DNA of 64,000 nucleotides from a virus (IMGVR_UViG_3300029288_000081:1-64000); one strand, 5' to 3'; positions 28,063 through 38,256 are shown, numbered from the stretch's first letter. A program made the numbers and translations. The notes: generated by a model not told the origin, from the sequence alone.

Positions 28063-28568
28063 TCGACGACGACCCCGTGTTCAGCAAGGCCGTGGCCACA
28101 GCGAAGAAGCACGCGGTGCAGTGGTACCGCGACTCGTGGCCCGACTTCGATCACAAGCGTGGTCATGCGGCGGACACGGCAGCCGATCTGGTCCACGAGA
28201 TCGCTCACTGGCTCGTCGCCCCGCCCAGCAGGCGCATGAAGCCCTACTTCGGGCTGGGTCATCCCGCAGCGAAGAAGGCGACGCGCGTGTCGTCCAAGCG
28301 GGCCGAACGGGAAGAGTGGCGGGCCAGCTTGCTCGGCATCGCCATCCTGCATGACTGCGGCGGCGACTGGTACCAGATGATGCACGAGCACTCGTGGTTC
28401 GAGTACACGAGCGCGGCGGCCACGAAGAGCGTCCGGACGATCTTGGACAGCTTCGCCGACAAGCGCTGGGTGTCCAAGCGTGCCCTGCGAGCCATCGCGC
28501 GAGCGCGTGAGGAGGGCCTGGCGATGTCGCCTTTCAACAAGAGCCCGACGAGAAGAAGGAAGTCATGA
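28059..28568 (+). CDS. HExxH protein resembling EpmC/YfcM (EF-P hydroxylase) family
   Basis: VHEIAHWLVAPPSRRMKPYFGLG...EEWRASLLG. Confidence 0.5.
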   Translation: MIDDDPVFSKAVATAKKHAVQWYRDSWPDFDHKRGHAADTAADLVHEIAHWLVAPPSRRMKPYFGLGHPAAKKATRVSSKRAEREEWRASLLGIAILHDCGGDWYQMMHEHSWFEYTSAAATKSVRTILDSFADKRWVSKRALRAIARAREEGLAMSPFNKSPTRRRKS

Positions 28569-28801
28569 CCGACGAGAGCGCCGACGAGAAGTTCTACAAG
28601 CCCAGCGAGGTGGAGAAGATGCTCTCGATCTCGAAGAGCACCATGAAGCGCTGGATCCGGGACAAGAAGATCCGCGCCGTGAAGTTCGGCCCCGCCGACC
28701 GCGGCTCCTGGCGCATCTCGGCCTCGGCGCTGGCCGAGTTCAAGAAGACGCAGGCGCACTACAACACCGAGCCTGCCGACACCGAGGGTGACGAGTCATG
28801 A
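28565..28801 (+). CDS. excisionase-type helix-turn-helix protein
   Basis: YKPSEVEKMLSISKSTMKRWIRDKKIRAVKFG...WRIS. Confidence 0.85.
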   Translation: MTDESADEKFYKPSEVEKMLSISKSTMKRWIRDKKIRAVKFGPADRGSWRISASALAEFKKTQAHYNTEPADTEGDES

Positions 28802-29043
28802 TGCTCGCCCAGATCGAGCGAAAGCTCGCCGGCCTGAAGAAGGAGATCGAGATGCAAGAGAAGGACGCGGAGGACATCCGCGAGGGTGCGCGCATCGAGG
28901 GTTCCAAGGTCGTCGCCATCGAGGTCGACCCCGAGATGTATGCACAGCTCCAGGAGGTGGCGAAGCAGCACGGCGTTCGCGGCGTGCGCTCGGCGCTCGT
29001 GCTCGCGGCCCGGTCGGGGCTGCGTCAGCTGGTGCGCCCGTGA
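28798..29043 (+). CDS. small protein, possible ribbon-helix-helix
   Basis: VAIEVDPEMYAQLQEVAKQHG. Confidence 0.55.
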   Translation: MMLAQIERKLAGLKKEIEMQEKDAEDIREGARIEGSKVVAIEVDPEMYAQLQEVAKQHGVRGVRSALVLAARSGLRQLVRP

Positions 29044-29729
29044 GCAACTGCGCCAAGTGCGGCGCTGTCTTCTCTGCATCGTGCCCTGCGTGCCTGCTTG
29101 CGTGGGCCAAGGGCCAGTTCGCGGCCCCGCCCGCCGCGCCGAAGCCGATGCTGTCGATCGTGCAACAGGCTTCGCCTCCGCAGATCGTCGGCGCGTTCGA
29201 CACCCGTGACTCGCACACCGTCCTCGTGTTCACGATCCAGGCCGGTCACTGGGGGGTCGGCTCTGTCTGGCGTGCGTGGGAGAGCATCCCGCGTGGGTGC
29301 TCACTGATCGTCAACGAGGTCACCGTGGTCACAGCTGGTGGGCCAGATGACGTCGACACCGTGGTCACCAGCGGGACGGTTCAGATCTCCGACGACAACG
29401 CCAACACGCCGCTCTTCGAGAGGCCGTTAGGTCTTCTGACCGTCAGGGATGCGCAAAGCCGCGACGCCGAGATGGACGCTCGCCTGTCGCGTCTGGAGCG
29501 CATGATGAACGTGCTCGTCGAGCAGGACTCAGCTGCCGGCGAGGCGCTGCGGCGCCTGGGCGGAGCGAAGATCTTGTACGAGTCGCCCTCGCGGTTCACG
29601 CGGCCGGCCAAGTTCGACGGGGGCGACCGTGTCGGCGCGTCCCTGCGGTTCGAGTGGCCCGTGACGCTGACGAGCGATGTCGTGGTCCGTGTCTCCCTTC
29701 TGGGGATCAGCACGAGGCCGCTCCTGTGA
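29040..29729 (+). CDS. Zn-knuckle + beta-rich protein (EALRRLG)
   Basis: CAKC..CPAC; GTGA overlap. Confidence 0.6.
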   Translation: MSNCAKCGAVFSASCPACLLAWAKGQFAAPPAAPKPMLSIVQQASPPQIVGAFDTRDSHTVLVFTIQAGHWGVGSVWRAWESIPRGCSLIVNEVTVVTAGGPDDVDTVVTSGTVQISDDNANTPLFERPLGLLTVRDAQSRDAEMDARLSRLERMMNVLVEQDSAAGEALRRLGGAKILYESPSRFTRPAKFDGGDRVGASLRFEWPVTLTSDVVVRVSLLGISTRPLL

Positions 29730-30025
29730 CGCCCCTCGCTCTCCAGGAGGCTCGCGAAGCTCTCGCCGAGGAGAACCCGAAGGCCCTCTGGCCTGACGGG
29801 TTCGAGGACGCGTACATCGGACAGGCCCGCCGGTGTGGGCAGCCGACGCTGGCGTCGTTCTCGGTCTCCAAGTGCATCAAGATCTTGATGGACCGCGACG
29901 GCATGACCTACGAGGAGGCCGACGAGTTCTTCGAGTTCAACGTCTCAGGGGCCTGGACGGGGGAGGGGACCCCGGTCTGGATCTACGACGACCTGGAGCT
30001 GGGGTCCGACGATGGCGTTTCGTAG
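29726..30025 (+). CDS. conserved phage-type hypothetical protein
   Basis: DGFEDAYIG...CIKILMDRDGMTYEEADEFFEFNVSGAW.GEGTP. Confidence 0.8.
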   Translation: MTPLALQEAREALAEENPKALWPDGFEDAYIGQARRCGQPTLASFSVSKCIKILMDRDGMTYEEADEFFEFNVSGAWTGEGTPVWIYDDLELGSDDGVS

Positions 30026-30302
30026 CAACAGGATCATCGGTCGCGAGCAGGCGCCGTCCGAGACGACCAGCTCTCGTGCGCAGGCGATGAAGCGGCTTCG
30101 CGACGCGCCGTGGCTGATCGATGTCCTCTCAGACAACGGCGGTCTGCTCGATGTGGCCGACTTCGTGATGCAGCCGGAGGCGCCAGGGTTCTCGAAGGAG
30201 TTCTGGTGCTCCCGCTGTGGGGCTCACGTGCTGATCCACCACATCACCGTCGAAGGGACGGTGACCTGCCGCTGCGGGCCGATCCGAGGAGTGACCCTGT
30301 GA
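30012..30302 (+). CDS. small Zn-ribbon protein (QAMKRLR)
   Basis: CSRC...CRCG. Confidence 0.6.
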   Translation: MAFRSNRIIGREQAPSETTSSRAQAMKRLRDAPWLIDVLSDNGGLLDVADFVMQPEAPGFSKEFWCSRCGAHVLIHHITVEGTVTCRCGPIRGVTL

Positions 30303-30550
30303 CCAAACGACCCGATCATGTGCGCTGCGCCCAGATGGATCTGTGGGACGGCGACCCTCCGAAGCCGACGAACAAGACGTGGTGCGGTCGCATCATCTCG
30401 CCCAGTGTGGAGTGGCAGTTCAAGGACGCGAGCCACGCGCTGTTGCAAGGTTTCCTCAGTGGTCGCCTCCTGCTCTGCGCCGAGTGCGCCGTGGCCATCA
30501 AGGCTGCCCTGCGCGCGGTGTCCTACCGATCCAGGCAGAAGAAGACGTGA
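30299..30550 (+). CDS. small Zn-binding protein
   Basis: H..C...TWCGR...CAEC. Confidence 0.6.
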   Translation: MTKRPDHVRCAQMDLWDGDPPKPTNKTWCGRIISPSVEWQFKDASHALLQGFLSGRLLLCAECAVAIKAALRAVSYRSRQKKT

Positions 30551-31068
30551 CGGTCATGCCGATGGTGACGCGTCCGGTCATCTATCGCGCCGGCACTGCG
30601 GTGGCGATCTTCTACCCGCTCCGCAACCCCACCTGTCCATCGGCCACCTCGGTGGGCGGTGCATCCGTTGTCACCCGGATGATGCGCGGCAAGGACATCC
30701 AGATCGACCTCTCGCGACGCCAGTCCCCGACGGAAGCAGAGCTTCGGCACGCTATCCTCTTGCCGAGCCTCATCCGCTGCCTTGTGTGCAAGCTCGGGGT
30801 GGTCGGCGACAAGCAGTACAGCCTCTCGGTCGAGTGCGTCCACGGGATCTGGTCAGAAGATCCCGACCCGAAGGTTATGGCAGCCCAGCGCCTCGGCAGC
30901 GACATCACAGCATGCGACCTGTGCGGCCACGTCTACCTTCCGAACCGAAGCACCTGGACGTTCATGGCAAGTCCAGGCTTCGGCTCGTCAGCACACGGGG
31001 ACGGAACCTTCGACTTCTGTGGAAACGGATGCCGAGAACGCGCCAGGAAGATGACGCTTCTCTGGTGA
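30547..31068 (+). CDS. multi-Zn-finger protein
   Basis: CLVC, CVH, CDLC, FCGNGC. Confidence 0.6.
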   Translation: MTVMPMVTRPVIYRAGTAVAIFYPLRNPTCPSATSVGGASVVTRMMRGKDIQIDLSRRQSPTEAELRHAILLPSLIRCLVCKLGVVGDKQYSLSVECVHGIWSEDPDPKVMAAQRLGSDITACDLCGHVYLPNRSTWTFMASPGFGSSAHGDGTFDFCGNGCRERARKMTLLW

Positions 31069-31089
31069 CATTTTTCTTCGCTTCCCCCC

Positions 31090-31118
31090 TTGTCAGACAT
31101 CATCTTTCGACATACTGT
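31090..31118 (+). promoter_or_regulatory. promoter overlapping TGTCAGACA
   Basis: TTGTCA-N17-TACTGT; palindrome 31091-31099; AAGGAG RBS downstream. Confidence 0.6.
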
Positions 31119-31156
31119 CGGCTTCTGACTGGGCAGCCAAGAAGGAGTGCAAGAAG

Positions 31157-31474
31157 ATGACGATCGAAGCGACCAACAACGAGCAGAACAAGCAGCCCGA
31201 GCCCGGCTCGAACGCCGCCGACGCGAAGCCGAAGCGCACGGTGAAGCGCAAGGGCCTCTGGCTGGCGGTGCCCAAGGAGTACGAGGACACCGTCGCCGAG
31301 GATGGGGAGATCTGCCGCACCCCCACGCTCTACGAGCTGTACGAGTGCTCGACCAAGACCGAGGTCGGCCAGGTCCTCAGCAAGCTCAAGGACGTCGACC
31401 ACGCGCACGTGAAGCTGTTCCGCGCCGACCCCATTCCCCTGCGTCTGAGCACGCAGGTCACCATCACGTTCTGA
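31157..31474 (+). CDS. hypothetical protein
   Basis: RBS, strong GC3 bias. Confidence 0.75.
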   Translation: MTIEATNNEQNKQPEPGSNAADAKPKRTVKRKGLWLAVPKEYEDTVAEDGEICRTPTLYELYECSTKTEVGQVLSKLKDVDHAHVKLFRADPIPLRLSTQVTITF

Positions 31475-31491
31475 GAGGAGACCCCACCACC

Positions 31492-32382
31492 ATGGCAGGC
31501 ACACAGCTTCTGGACGGCAAGCGCGAGTCGCTCTTCCGAGTCGACCCCGCGACCCTGACCATCATCGGCCTCGACACCGAGGACGGTTCCGACCACCCGC
31601 TCTGGGACGAGCGCATCAAGCTCGACCTCGACGAGGCGATGGTCCTCAACATCATGGCGCTCGGCGTGCGTGAGCCCGTCGTGGTCGTGGTGCAGGGCAA
31701 GGGCGAGTCCCGGGTGGCTGCCGTGGTGGACGGGCGCCAGCGCGTTCGTCACGCTCGCGAGGCGAACGCGCGCCTCGTGAAGCGTGGCGAGCCGGCGCTT
31801 CAGGTGCCGGTCATCGCCGAGAAGGGCATGAGCGAGCAGGAGCAGATGCTCCTCTCGGCCAGCCTGAACGAGATCCGTCAGGACGACCCGGTCATGGTCA
31901 AGGCCGCGAAGGCCTCGCGCATGAAGGCGCGCGGCGCATCGTTCGCCGAAATCGCCATGTCGTTCGGCGTCACCGACCAGACCGTCGCGCTCTGGGTGAA
32001 CATCAACAGCCTCACGGACGTGGCCAAGCGCGCCATCGCCGACGGTCGCATCACCCCGACCGCGGCCGGTCAGCTCGCCGGGCTCAAGCCCGAGGAGCAG
32101 AAGGCGGCCCTCGCGGAGCTGCTCGCGGAGGCGGAGGCCACCGGTGAGAAGCCCACCGTCGACAAGGCCAAGGACAAGGTGCGCGCCAAGAAGAACGGCG
32201 ACACGGCGACCACGATCGCGCCGAAGCGGCGAGTCCTTCGTCGCGTCATCGAGACCGGCACCGAGGTCCTCTCGGCGGACTTCCTGGCCGGCGTGCGCTT
32301 CGCCATCGGAGACCTGAACCCCAAGACCATCAAGGGCCTCACCGCGCTCATGAGCAAGAAGGGCGCGGCGGCGGCGGAGTAG
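31492..32382 (+). CDS. ParB-family CTPase/HTH protein
   Basis: GVREPVVV...VDGRQRVRHA...LNEIRQD; HTH SFAEIAMSFGVTDQTV. Confidence 0.85.
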   Translation: MAGTQLLDGKRESLFRVDPATLTIIGLDTEDGSDHPLWDERIKLDLDEAMVLNIMALGVREPVVVVVQGKGESRVAAVVDGRQRVRHAREANARLVKRGEPALQVPVIAEKGMSEQEQMLLSASLNEIRQDDPVMVKAAKASRMKARGASFAEIAMSFGVTDQTVALWVNINSLTDVAKRAIADGRITPTAAGQLAGLKPEEQKAALAELLAEAEATGEKPTVDKAKDKVRAKKNGDTATTIAPKRRVLRRVIETGTEVLSADFLAGVRFAIGDLNPKTIKGLTALMSKKGAAAAE

Positions 32383-32385
32383 GCC

Positions 32386-32676
32386 ATGTCGGAAGACGCG
32401 GAGGAGTGGACGGAGATCGCCCGCAAGTCGCACCTCTCGGTGCAGCCGTCGTACAAGGACAAGTACGACGCCGTCGTTCTCGTCACGGAGATCACCGACG
32501 AAGGGTGTGTCCCCGGCCAGGCGCGTGGCCTCAAGTATCGCACGCGCATCCACGTGGACCGCATGTACCGGGATGCTGCGGTGGAGGCTGGGCTTGCAGA
32601 CGCGTTCGACGCGCTGATCGCCATGCACCGCCTCTTCGACAAGAGGTTCGAGGAGCGGCTCTCCAAGGTGCAGTGA
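32386..32676 (+). CDS. hypothetical protein
   Basis: GGAG RBS, GC3 bias. Confidence 0.65.
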   Translation: MSEDAEEWTEIARKSHLSVQPSYKDKYDAVVLVTEITDEGCVPGQARGLKYRTRIHVDRMYRDAAVEAGLADAFDALIAMHRLFDKRFEERLSKVQ

Positions 32677-32811
32677 CGGCTGACCACACGCGCCGAGCAC
32701 GGAAACGGGGAAGTGTGGCGCCGGGAACGACAACCGGCCTGGGGTGCTGAATAACCCTGGATGCCAAGGTCGTGACAGCCGGAGAGACGGCGCTTTTTAC
32801 GGAGGTCTCAG

Positions 32812-33210
32812 ATGCACGTGTTGAACAGCATGAAGATCGTCGCCAAGACGAAGGACGTTCTCGCCGCTCTCATCAAGAACCGGGAGAGGCATCAGAAGAT
32901 CGTGGCCGAGGCTCGCGTTGGCTACGCGAAGCGGGCGCGCGAGGCGCTCCTCGAACAGCTCAAGCGGCTGGAGAGCGGCAAGGCCACGATCGTGGTCTTC
33001 TCGCTCACCGCGCCGCAGGACCACACCAAGGTCTACGACACGGCCATCGAGATGATGCGGATGCACACCGGCAAGACGGTGCCTCTCGACTCCGGCCAGG
33101 TCCGCACTCTGATGATGGACGAGTGGGACTGGAAGCGGCACTTCCTGATGGCCAACAGCGCCTACTCCGGCACCGCGGCCGCCGAGTACAGCCCGTCCGA
33201 CGACGAGTAG
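32812..33210 (+). CDS. conserved phage-type hypothetical protein
   Basis: GGAGG RBS; P.DH..YD.AIEM...MDEWDWK. Confidence 0.75.
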   Translation: MHVLNSMKIVAKTKDVLAALIKNRERHQKIVAEARVGYAKRAREALLEQLKRLESGKATIVVFSLTAPQDHTKVYDTAIEMMRMHTGKTVPLDSGQVRTLMMDEWDWKRHFLMANSAYSGTAAAEYSPSDDE

Positions 33211-33217
33211 AGGTAGA

Positions 33218-33716
33218 GATGATGGACCTCCTGTTCAACGCTGTGCTTCCTCCGGTCTTCCTGGTGCTGATCGCGACGTTCATCTTCGCTGTCGGCTACT
33301 ACCGAGCTGTCGACGTGACGCGACGGGCTGTCGATGCCGAGGTGGACAGGCGCTTGCTTGGAAGGGCGGCGGGCGGCGCAGAGGCAGCAGCGAACGCGGC
33401 AGCGGCGAAGCGCGTGATGGATGCGGAGCCGTTCCCAGAGCCCGACGACGATGTCGACGATGTCGATGTCTGCCTGCGCGTGGGGATGCAGGTCGTCTGC
33501 CGACTGTCCGAGAACTCGCACACGCACGGCGTGCTCCTGGGCTTCACCATGGGAACGAACGCGTCCGGCGGGCCGGACACCGAGGGCCCGATGCTCGCTG
33601 TCGTGGACGTGGGCGCCGCGCACCCGATGCCCATCAACGTCGATCTGGTCGAGCCTCGCGGCGTCGAGCGCGCCGTCGGGTACCGAGAGAACGCGGACCC
33701 GAAGAACTGGAACTGA
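33218..33716 (+). CDS. membrane-anchored protein with SH3-like domain
   Basis: N-terminal TM helix; LRVGMQVV. Confidence 0.65.
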
Positions 33717-33717
33717 C

Positions 33718-33990
33718 ATGACCGCGCCGGTCAGAACCATCGTCACATGCGCCCGGTGTAGATCCATTCACCGGATGTCGCTCGGCACCAGCACGCAGGC
33801 CCCCGATGTTCACTGGGTCTGCGACAGGTGTCAGAGAGAAGAACGTGCCCTCTGTCCGATCCACCATGAATCGGTGGAGCGAATGGCCACCTCTGACCTG
33901 ATCGAAGAACTTGTCGGCGGCAACGTGTCGACAGGTCGACGCTCGGCTCTTCGTGCTGAGCTGAACGTGCGCGTCCCGTCGAGGTCCTGA
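33718..33990 (+). CDS. small Zn-finger protein
   Basis: CARC...CDRC...CPIH. Confidence 0.55.
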   Translation: MTAPVRTIVTCARCRSIHRMSLGTSTQAPDVHWVCDRCQREERALCPIHHESVERMATSDLIEELVGGNVSTGRRSALRAELNVRVPSRS

Positions 33991-36020
33991 TGGCCAAGAA
34001 GGCGGTGGCGGAGTCGCGTCGTCTCAACCCGGAGCAGCAGCTTGTCGCCGACCACCTTCGTGGTCCCTTGCGCGTCGGTGCGGTTGCTGGCTCCGGGAAG
34101 ACGCACGCGTTGATCGAGCGCACGGCCACGCTCGTCGAGGGGCACCGCGTCACGCCGAGCAAGATCCTTCTGATCTCGTTCTCGGTGAACGCGCGCAAGG
34201 AGATGGAGAAGCGCCTGGTGGCGCGCTTGCCTGGCGTGGCGGCCGGTGAGATCTGCCGCACCTTCCACTCCATCGGCCTCGACATCTTCCGAGAGGAGAC
34301 GGACCGGGACAAGCTCTGGCTCGTCGACACCACGGGCCGGCTCTGGCGCAAGTCCATCCGCCTCGCCGCCAAGAAGGTCGGCATCAACCTGGACGCCAAG
34401 CACAGCGAGCTGACCGTCAGGGCAGTCGAGAAGGTCTCCTCGCTCGCCAAGACGCGGATGCTCCTCTCCGACCGCGCGCTGCGCCGGCTGGGCCGTATCG
34501 AGCCCGAGCTGAAGCGCGCCGCGGAGGACGTGGTGGGCCCCGACCTGGCAGATGATGCCCTCGGCATCATGCACGCGGCGGAGGACATCCGAGAGGTCAG
34601 CGGCATCGAAGAGCAGGGCATGTTCCAGCGCTTCGTGACCTTCGACGACATGCTCTACGCGTCCGCGACCCTTCTCCGTAGCCAGGACGTCCGCAAGCGC
34701 TGGGCGCACCGCTGGACGTACGTGATGCAGGACGAGGTGCAGGACGAGAACCCCGTCCAGGGAGAGATCGCCGAGGCGCTCTGCTCTGTCCACCGGAACT
34801 ACATGGTCGTCGGGGACCCAGCGCAGGCCATCTACGGCTTCCGCGCAGCCGACCCCAAGCGGATGCTCCTCTTCCCGTCCACATGGCCTGGGTCGACCAC
34901 GGTGGTGATGGACCGCAACTACCGCTCGGGCATCGAGATCATCGAGACCGCCAACAAGGTCATCGCCAACATGCCGCCCGACACGATCATCGCGCGCTCG
35001 ATGAAGTGCGAGCGGCAGACGCGTGCCCATGTCGCGTGCCATCTCTTCACGGACGAGGCCGTCGAGGCGGCTGCGATCGCGCAGAACATCCGCAGGCACT
35101 TCGACCAGGGGCTGCCCTGGAAGGACCAGGCAATCGTCATCCGGATGAACGCGATGGCCCTCGCGATCGAGGTTGGCCTCGCCACGGCCGCCATCCCCTA
35201 CCGCATCGTGTCCGGCGAGTCGTTCTTCAAGCTCACCGAGGCTGCCGTCATGCTCGGGTACCTCCGTGTGGCTACCGGACGCGCAACCCTCGAAGACGTC
35301 GAGGTGTCGCTGGTCAACCCCAACCGCATGCTCGGTAAGGTCTACTTCGAGCAGCTCGCAGCGGCCAAGGTCGCCAAGCCGGACGAGCCGTGGGCCAGCC
35401 TGGTGCTGATGCCGCAGCTGGGCCGCAAGCAGTACGAGGAGGTCGAGAACTGGGTGAGCCTGATCTCGGAGCTTCATGGACAGGTGAAGCACCAGATGAC
35501 TCCCTACCAGGCGCTGACGTACCTCGTGAAGGAGATCTCCTTGGCAGACTGGCTCCGAGACGGCGACGACGGCGACAACTCGTCCTCGACCAACATCAGC
35601 CAGGTGATGGCCTTCGCCGCGAACTACGACACGGTCGACGGCCTCCTCAGCGCGGTCGACAAGGTGCTCGACAACAAGAAGTCCGCATCGCGCCTCCGGA
35701 ACGTCGTCGAGGTCTCCACCATCCACCGATACAAGGGGCGCGAGGCTTCGGTCGTCTACATGCCCAGCGTCGTCCAGGGGCTGTTCCCCTCGTCCCTGGC
35801 CGACCTGCTCGAAGAGAGGCGCCTCTTCTATGTCGGGGTCACCCGTGCGATGGACGAGCTGTGGGTCTCGTGCTCGGAGTACAAGAGCGACGACACCTCG
35901 AACACGCCGAGCATGTTCCTCGCCGAGGCCGGGCTGAGGCTGGAGCCGGGCTCGACGTACATGCCTGGCCGGAAGATCCAGCCGGTGAAGGTGGGCACGC
36001 AGATGGGGCTGCTGCTGTGA
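33990..36020 (+). CDS. UvrD/PcrA-family SF1 helicase
   Basis: AVAGSGKT, TFHS, DEVQD, VGDPAQAIYGFR, NYRS, STIHRYKGRE, EERRLFYVGVTRA. Confidence 0.95.
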   Translation: MAKKAVAESRRLNPEQQLVADHLRGPLRVGAVAGSGKTHALIERTATLVEGHRVTPSKILLISFSVNARKEMEKRLVARLPGVAAGEICRTFHSIGLDIFREETDRDKLWLVDTTGRLWRKSIRLAAKKVGINLDAKHSELTVRAVEKVSSLAKTRMLLSDRALRRLGRIEPELKRAAEDVVGPDLADDALGIMHAAEDIREVSGIEEQGMFQRFVTFDDMLYASATLLRSQDVRKRWAHRWTYVMQDEVQDENPVQGEIAEALCSVHRNYMVVGDPAQAIYGFRAADPKRMLLFPSTWPGSTTVVMDRNYRSGIEIIETANKVIANMPPDTIIARSMKCERQTRAHVACHLFTDEAVEAAAIAQNIRRHFDQGLPWKDQAIVIRMNAMALAIEVGLATAAIPYRIVSGESFFKLTEAAVMLGYLRVATGRATLEDVEVSLVNPNRMLGKVYFEQLAAAKVAKPDEPWASLVLMPQLGRKQYEEVENWVSLISELHGQVKHQMTPYQALTYLVKEISLADWLRDGDDGDNSSSTNISQVMAFAANYDTVDGLLSAVDKVLDNKKSASRLRNVVEVSTIHRYKGREASVVYMPSVVQGLFPSSLADLLEERRLFYVGVTRAMDELWVSCSEYKSDDTSNTPSMFLAEAGLRLEPGSTYMPGRKIQPVKVGTQMGLLL

Positions 36021-36370
36021 TGCTCGTCTTCTCGATCGCCATGTGGGTGCTGACCCTTGCGCTGTGCGCCTCCTTCTTCTACGGCCTCGGGCACAAGAGA
36101 GCGACGGCACAGGCGCGGCGTGCCGAGGCCATGCGCCGCCTGGGCGCTGAGAGCGAGTGGGAGTTTCGCGAGAGCGGTGAGATCAGACTGCTCGAAACGC
36201 TCATCTACGCTCGCGCGCCCGACGGTACCGAGTACACGTCCGAGGCGTTCAGCCACAAGCCGCAAGGCTGGTTTCGGGTAGACGATGCCGAGGCCGTCAC
36301 CGGAGAGAGCGCCAAGGCGCTCACGCGGCGGCTCATCGCGTTCCGCACGAAGAAGAAGGTGGGTCTATGA
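36020..36370 (+). CDS. membrane-anchored protein (EAMRRLG)
   Basis: N-terminal TM helix. Confidence 0.6.
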   Translation: MLVFSIAMWVLTLALCASFFYGLGHKRATAQARRAEAMRRLGAESEWEFRESGEIRLLETLIYARAPDGTEYTSEAFSHKPQGWFRVDDAEAVTGESAKALTRRLIAFRTKKKVGL

Positions 36371-36615
36371 CCATCGAGCGCGATGTCGACGGTGACTGCT
36401 GGCGTTGTCCGTTCGCAGAGAAGCACGACTGGGCCAGCGCCGACTGGTCGGGTACCGACATCACGGACTGCATGCTCGGCGCCCCAGACGCGTCCGAGGT
36501 GCCTGGGCACGAAGTTCAGAGGGCTCTGAACTCGCGCTGCGGGGAGCCGCCTTCGTGGTGCAAGCTCCGGGCGAGCGACGTGGTCGTGAAGCTGAGGCTC
36601 AAGCCTCGCGGCTAG
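36367..36615 (+). CDS. small Cys-cluster protein
   Basis: CWRCPF...C...PPSWCKL. Confidence 0.65.
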   Translation: MTIERDVDGDCWRCPFAEKHDWASADWSGTDITDCMLGAPDASEVPGHEVQRALNSRCGEPPSWCKLRASDVVVKLRLKPRG

Positions 36616-36756
36616 CCCAGCTTCTTCTCGGCGCGAGCGTCGCGCAGCTCCAGCAACGACGTGGAGCGCAGCTCCTGGATCGACGGGCAGCGCTTGCAGC
36701 GCAGACCGCCGTCGTACTTCCGCAGCGCACACATCCAGCAGCAGCCGACGTAGCGC

Positions 36757-37236
36757 TTACGGCACCTTCTCTTGCGACGAGTCATCGGGGTCCTCCTGCC
36801 GCGCCGCCGCCAGCGGCGCGGACGTGGAGGTGTCACGCACTGGCCCGAGCGTGCCGTCTGCCTGGACCTCGTACCTGAAGCCGCTCGTCTGGTTCTCGTC
36901 GTCGGTGACGACCACGCTCGGGTCGCCCGTGGTTGCGGCAGCCGCGTGCGCGACGATGTCCGAGTAGGGCACGAACGAGTCGCCTGGACGCAACGATCCG
37001 ATCGACCATCCGGCTTCATCCAGGAGTCGCACGGTCGACTCTCCGCGACCCGCCTGCGCCAGCAGCCCGACGAACGTGTACGGCTGCGAGGTGAGGATCT
37101 CCTGGAACGCCTTCTGTCCCGCCTCCTCGTCTTCGATCTCCGAGGCAGCGTACGCGAGCTTGAGCGCGAGCTGCGGGTCCTTCGGGCGGAGAATGGCGAG
37201 CTTGTCACCGTGCTTGATGGCGAACGGGTACTTCAT
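36757..37236 (-). CDS. hypothetical protein
   Basis: MKYPFAIK..., GGAG upstream. Confidence 0.65.
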   Translation of the reverse strand: MKYPFAIKHGDKLAILRPKDPQLALKLAYAASEIEDEEAGQKAFQEILTSQPYTFVGLLAQAGRGESTVRLLDEAGWSIGSLRPGDSFVPYSDIVAHAAAATTGDPSVVVTDDENQTSGFRYEVQADGTLGPVRDTSTSAPLAAARQEDPDDSSQEKVP

Positions 37237-37427
37237 GTCACGAACTCCTCGTCGCGCTTGGTGAGGAACGCTTCCTCGATGACCACCGAGTCGTAGTCCC
37301 CATCCTCGCAGGCGACGTCGTACAGGTTGTCCCCCAGCACGAACGCCACGCGACCAACGAACACCGCCTGGGCGCCATCCGCGATGGCCTCGTGCCACAT
37401 CACGCGGTCGCCCACCTGGAACTTCAC
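37233..37427 (-). CDS. small SH3-like protein
   Basis: KFQVGDRVMW; GTGA overlap. Confidence 0.55.
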   Translation of the reverse strand: MKFQVGDRVMWHEAIADGAQAVFVGRVAFVLGDNLYDVACEDGDYDSVVIEEAFLTKRDEEFVT

Positions 37428-38200
37428 GCGGCAGCCTTCTGCCGGTACGACCGCGCGACATCCTCGGTGAGGTTCGTGACGGTCACCGAGGTGTCGTTGT
37501 GCATGAGCCCGAAGCCGACGTCGCCGATGGCCATCGTGCCGTCGTCTCGGCGCATCATGTTGCCCGAGTGGATGTCCTCCCAGTCGACGCCGAGGCTGTG
37601 CATCGCGTGGACGCAGGCGCTGACCTCGCCGAGAAGGTGCATCGTCCGGTTGAGGTTCGCCTGGGTGTGCATCTCCTGCACCTCCAGCTCCTCGCGGACG
37701 TAGCTCTTCCACTTGTCGTGCATCGCGCGGTGGTTCGCCCTCGGGAACTTCAGGTCGATGGACGTGTCGCCGTAGAGCACCCACAGGATGTCCACGAGCG
37801 TGATATCCTTCTTCGAGAGCGGGTTGAGGTAGGCGCGATGCACCGCGTACCAGCCCCTGAGCTTCTTCTCGTGCGTCCAGTTCAGCGACCACGTCTGGTA
37901 GATGTCCACGACGTGCTTGTGGTGCTTGCCGCAGAGGAACGCTGAGGCCTGGGCCTCCGTGGGGTCACGGGTGAACTTCAGCACGCTCCTCTTGCCGTTG
38001 AGCAGCTCGACCTCGTACGCCGAGCCGAACGAGCCCTTGCCCAGCCGCTGTGCCGGAGGGTTGTGGATGCCCAGCAGCTCGACCGCCTTGCGGGAGTTCA
38101 GCAGGACATGGCCCAGTGGGTAGTGAGGCTCGCTCAGCACCTGCGTGAGCGTGCCGGGTCCATCGTCGTCGTCGGGCTCTTCGGAGAAGTGGCGGGCCAT
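37424..38200 (-). CDS. protein kinase-like (Ser/Thr/Tyr fold)
   Basis: LGKGSFGSAY, VLKFT, E, WEDIHSGNMM, IGDVG. Confidence 0.85.
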   Translation of the reverse strand: MARHFSEEPDDDDGPGTLTQVLSEPHYPLGHVLLNSRKAVELLGIHNPPAQRLGKGSFGSAYEVELLNGKRSVLKFTRDPTEAQASAFLCGKHHKHVVDIYQTWSLNWTHEKKLRGWYAVHRAYLNPLSKKDITLVDILWVLYGDTSIDLKFPRANHRAMHDKWKSYVREELEVQEMHTQANLNRTMHLLGEVSACVHAMHSLGVDWEDIHSGNMMRRDDGTMAIGDVGFGLMHNDTSVTVTNLTEDVARSYRQKAAA

Positions 38201-38256
38201 GTGTCGGACAGCCTACCCCTTCGCCTTCAACACGCCAAGCGGCTAAGCTAACGGTC

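Noticed and set aside
25322-32382. Complete ParABS plasmid partition system
   Set aside because: Two ParB-like genes but no ParA ATPase in the window.
5255-36370. ALRRL motif as a DNA repeat or recombination site (integron-like cassettes)
   Set aside because: The underlying nucleotides vary at synonymous positions and the motif is always in frame; no attC-like palindromes flank the genes.
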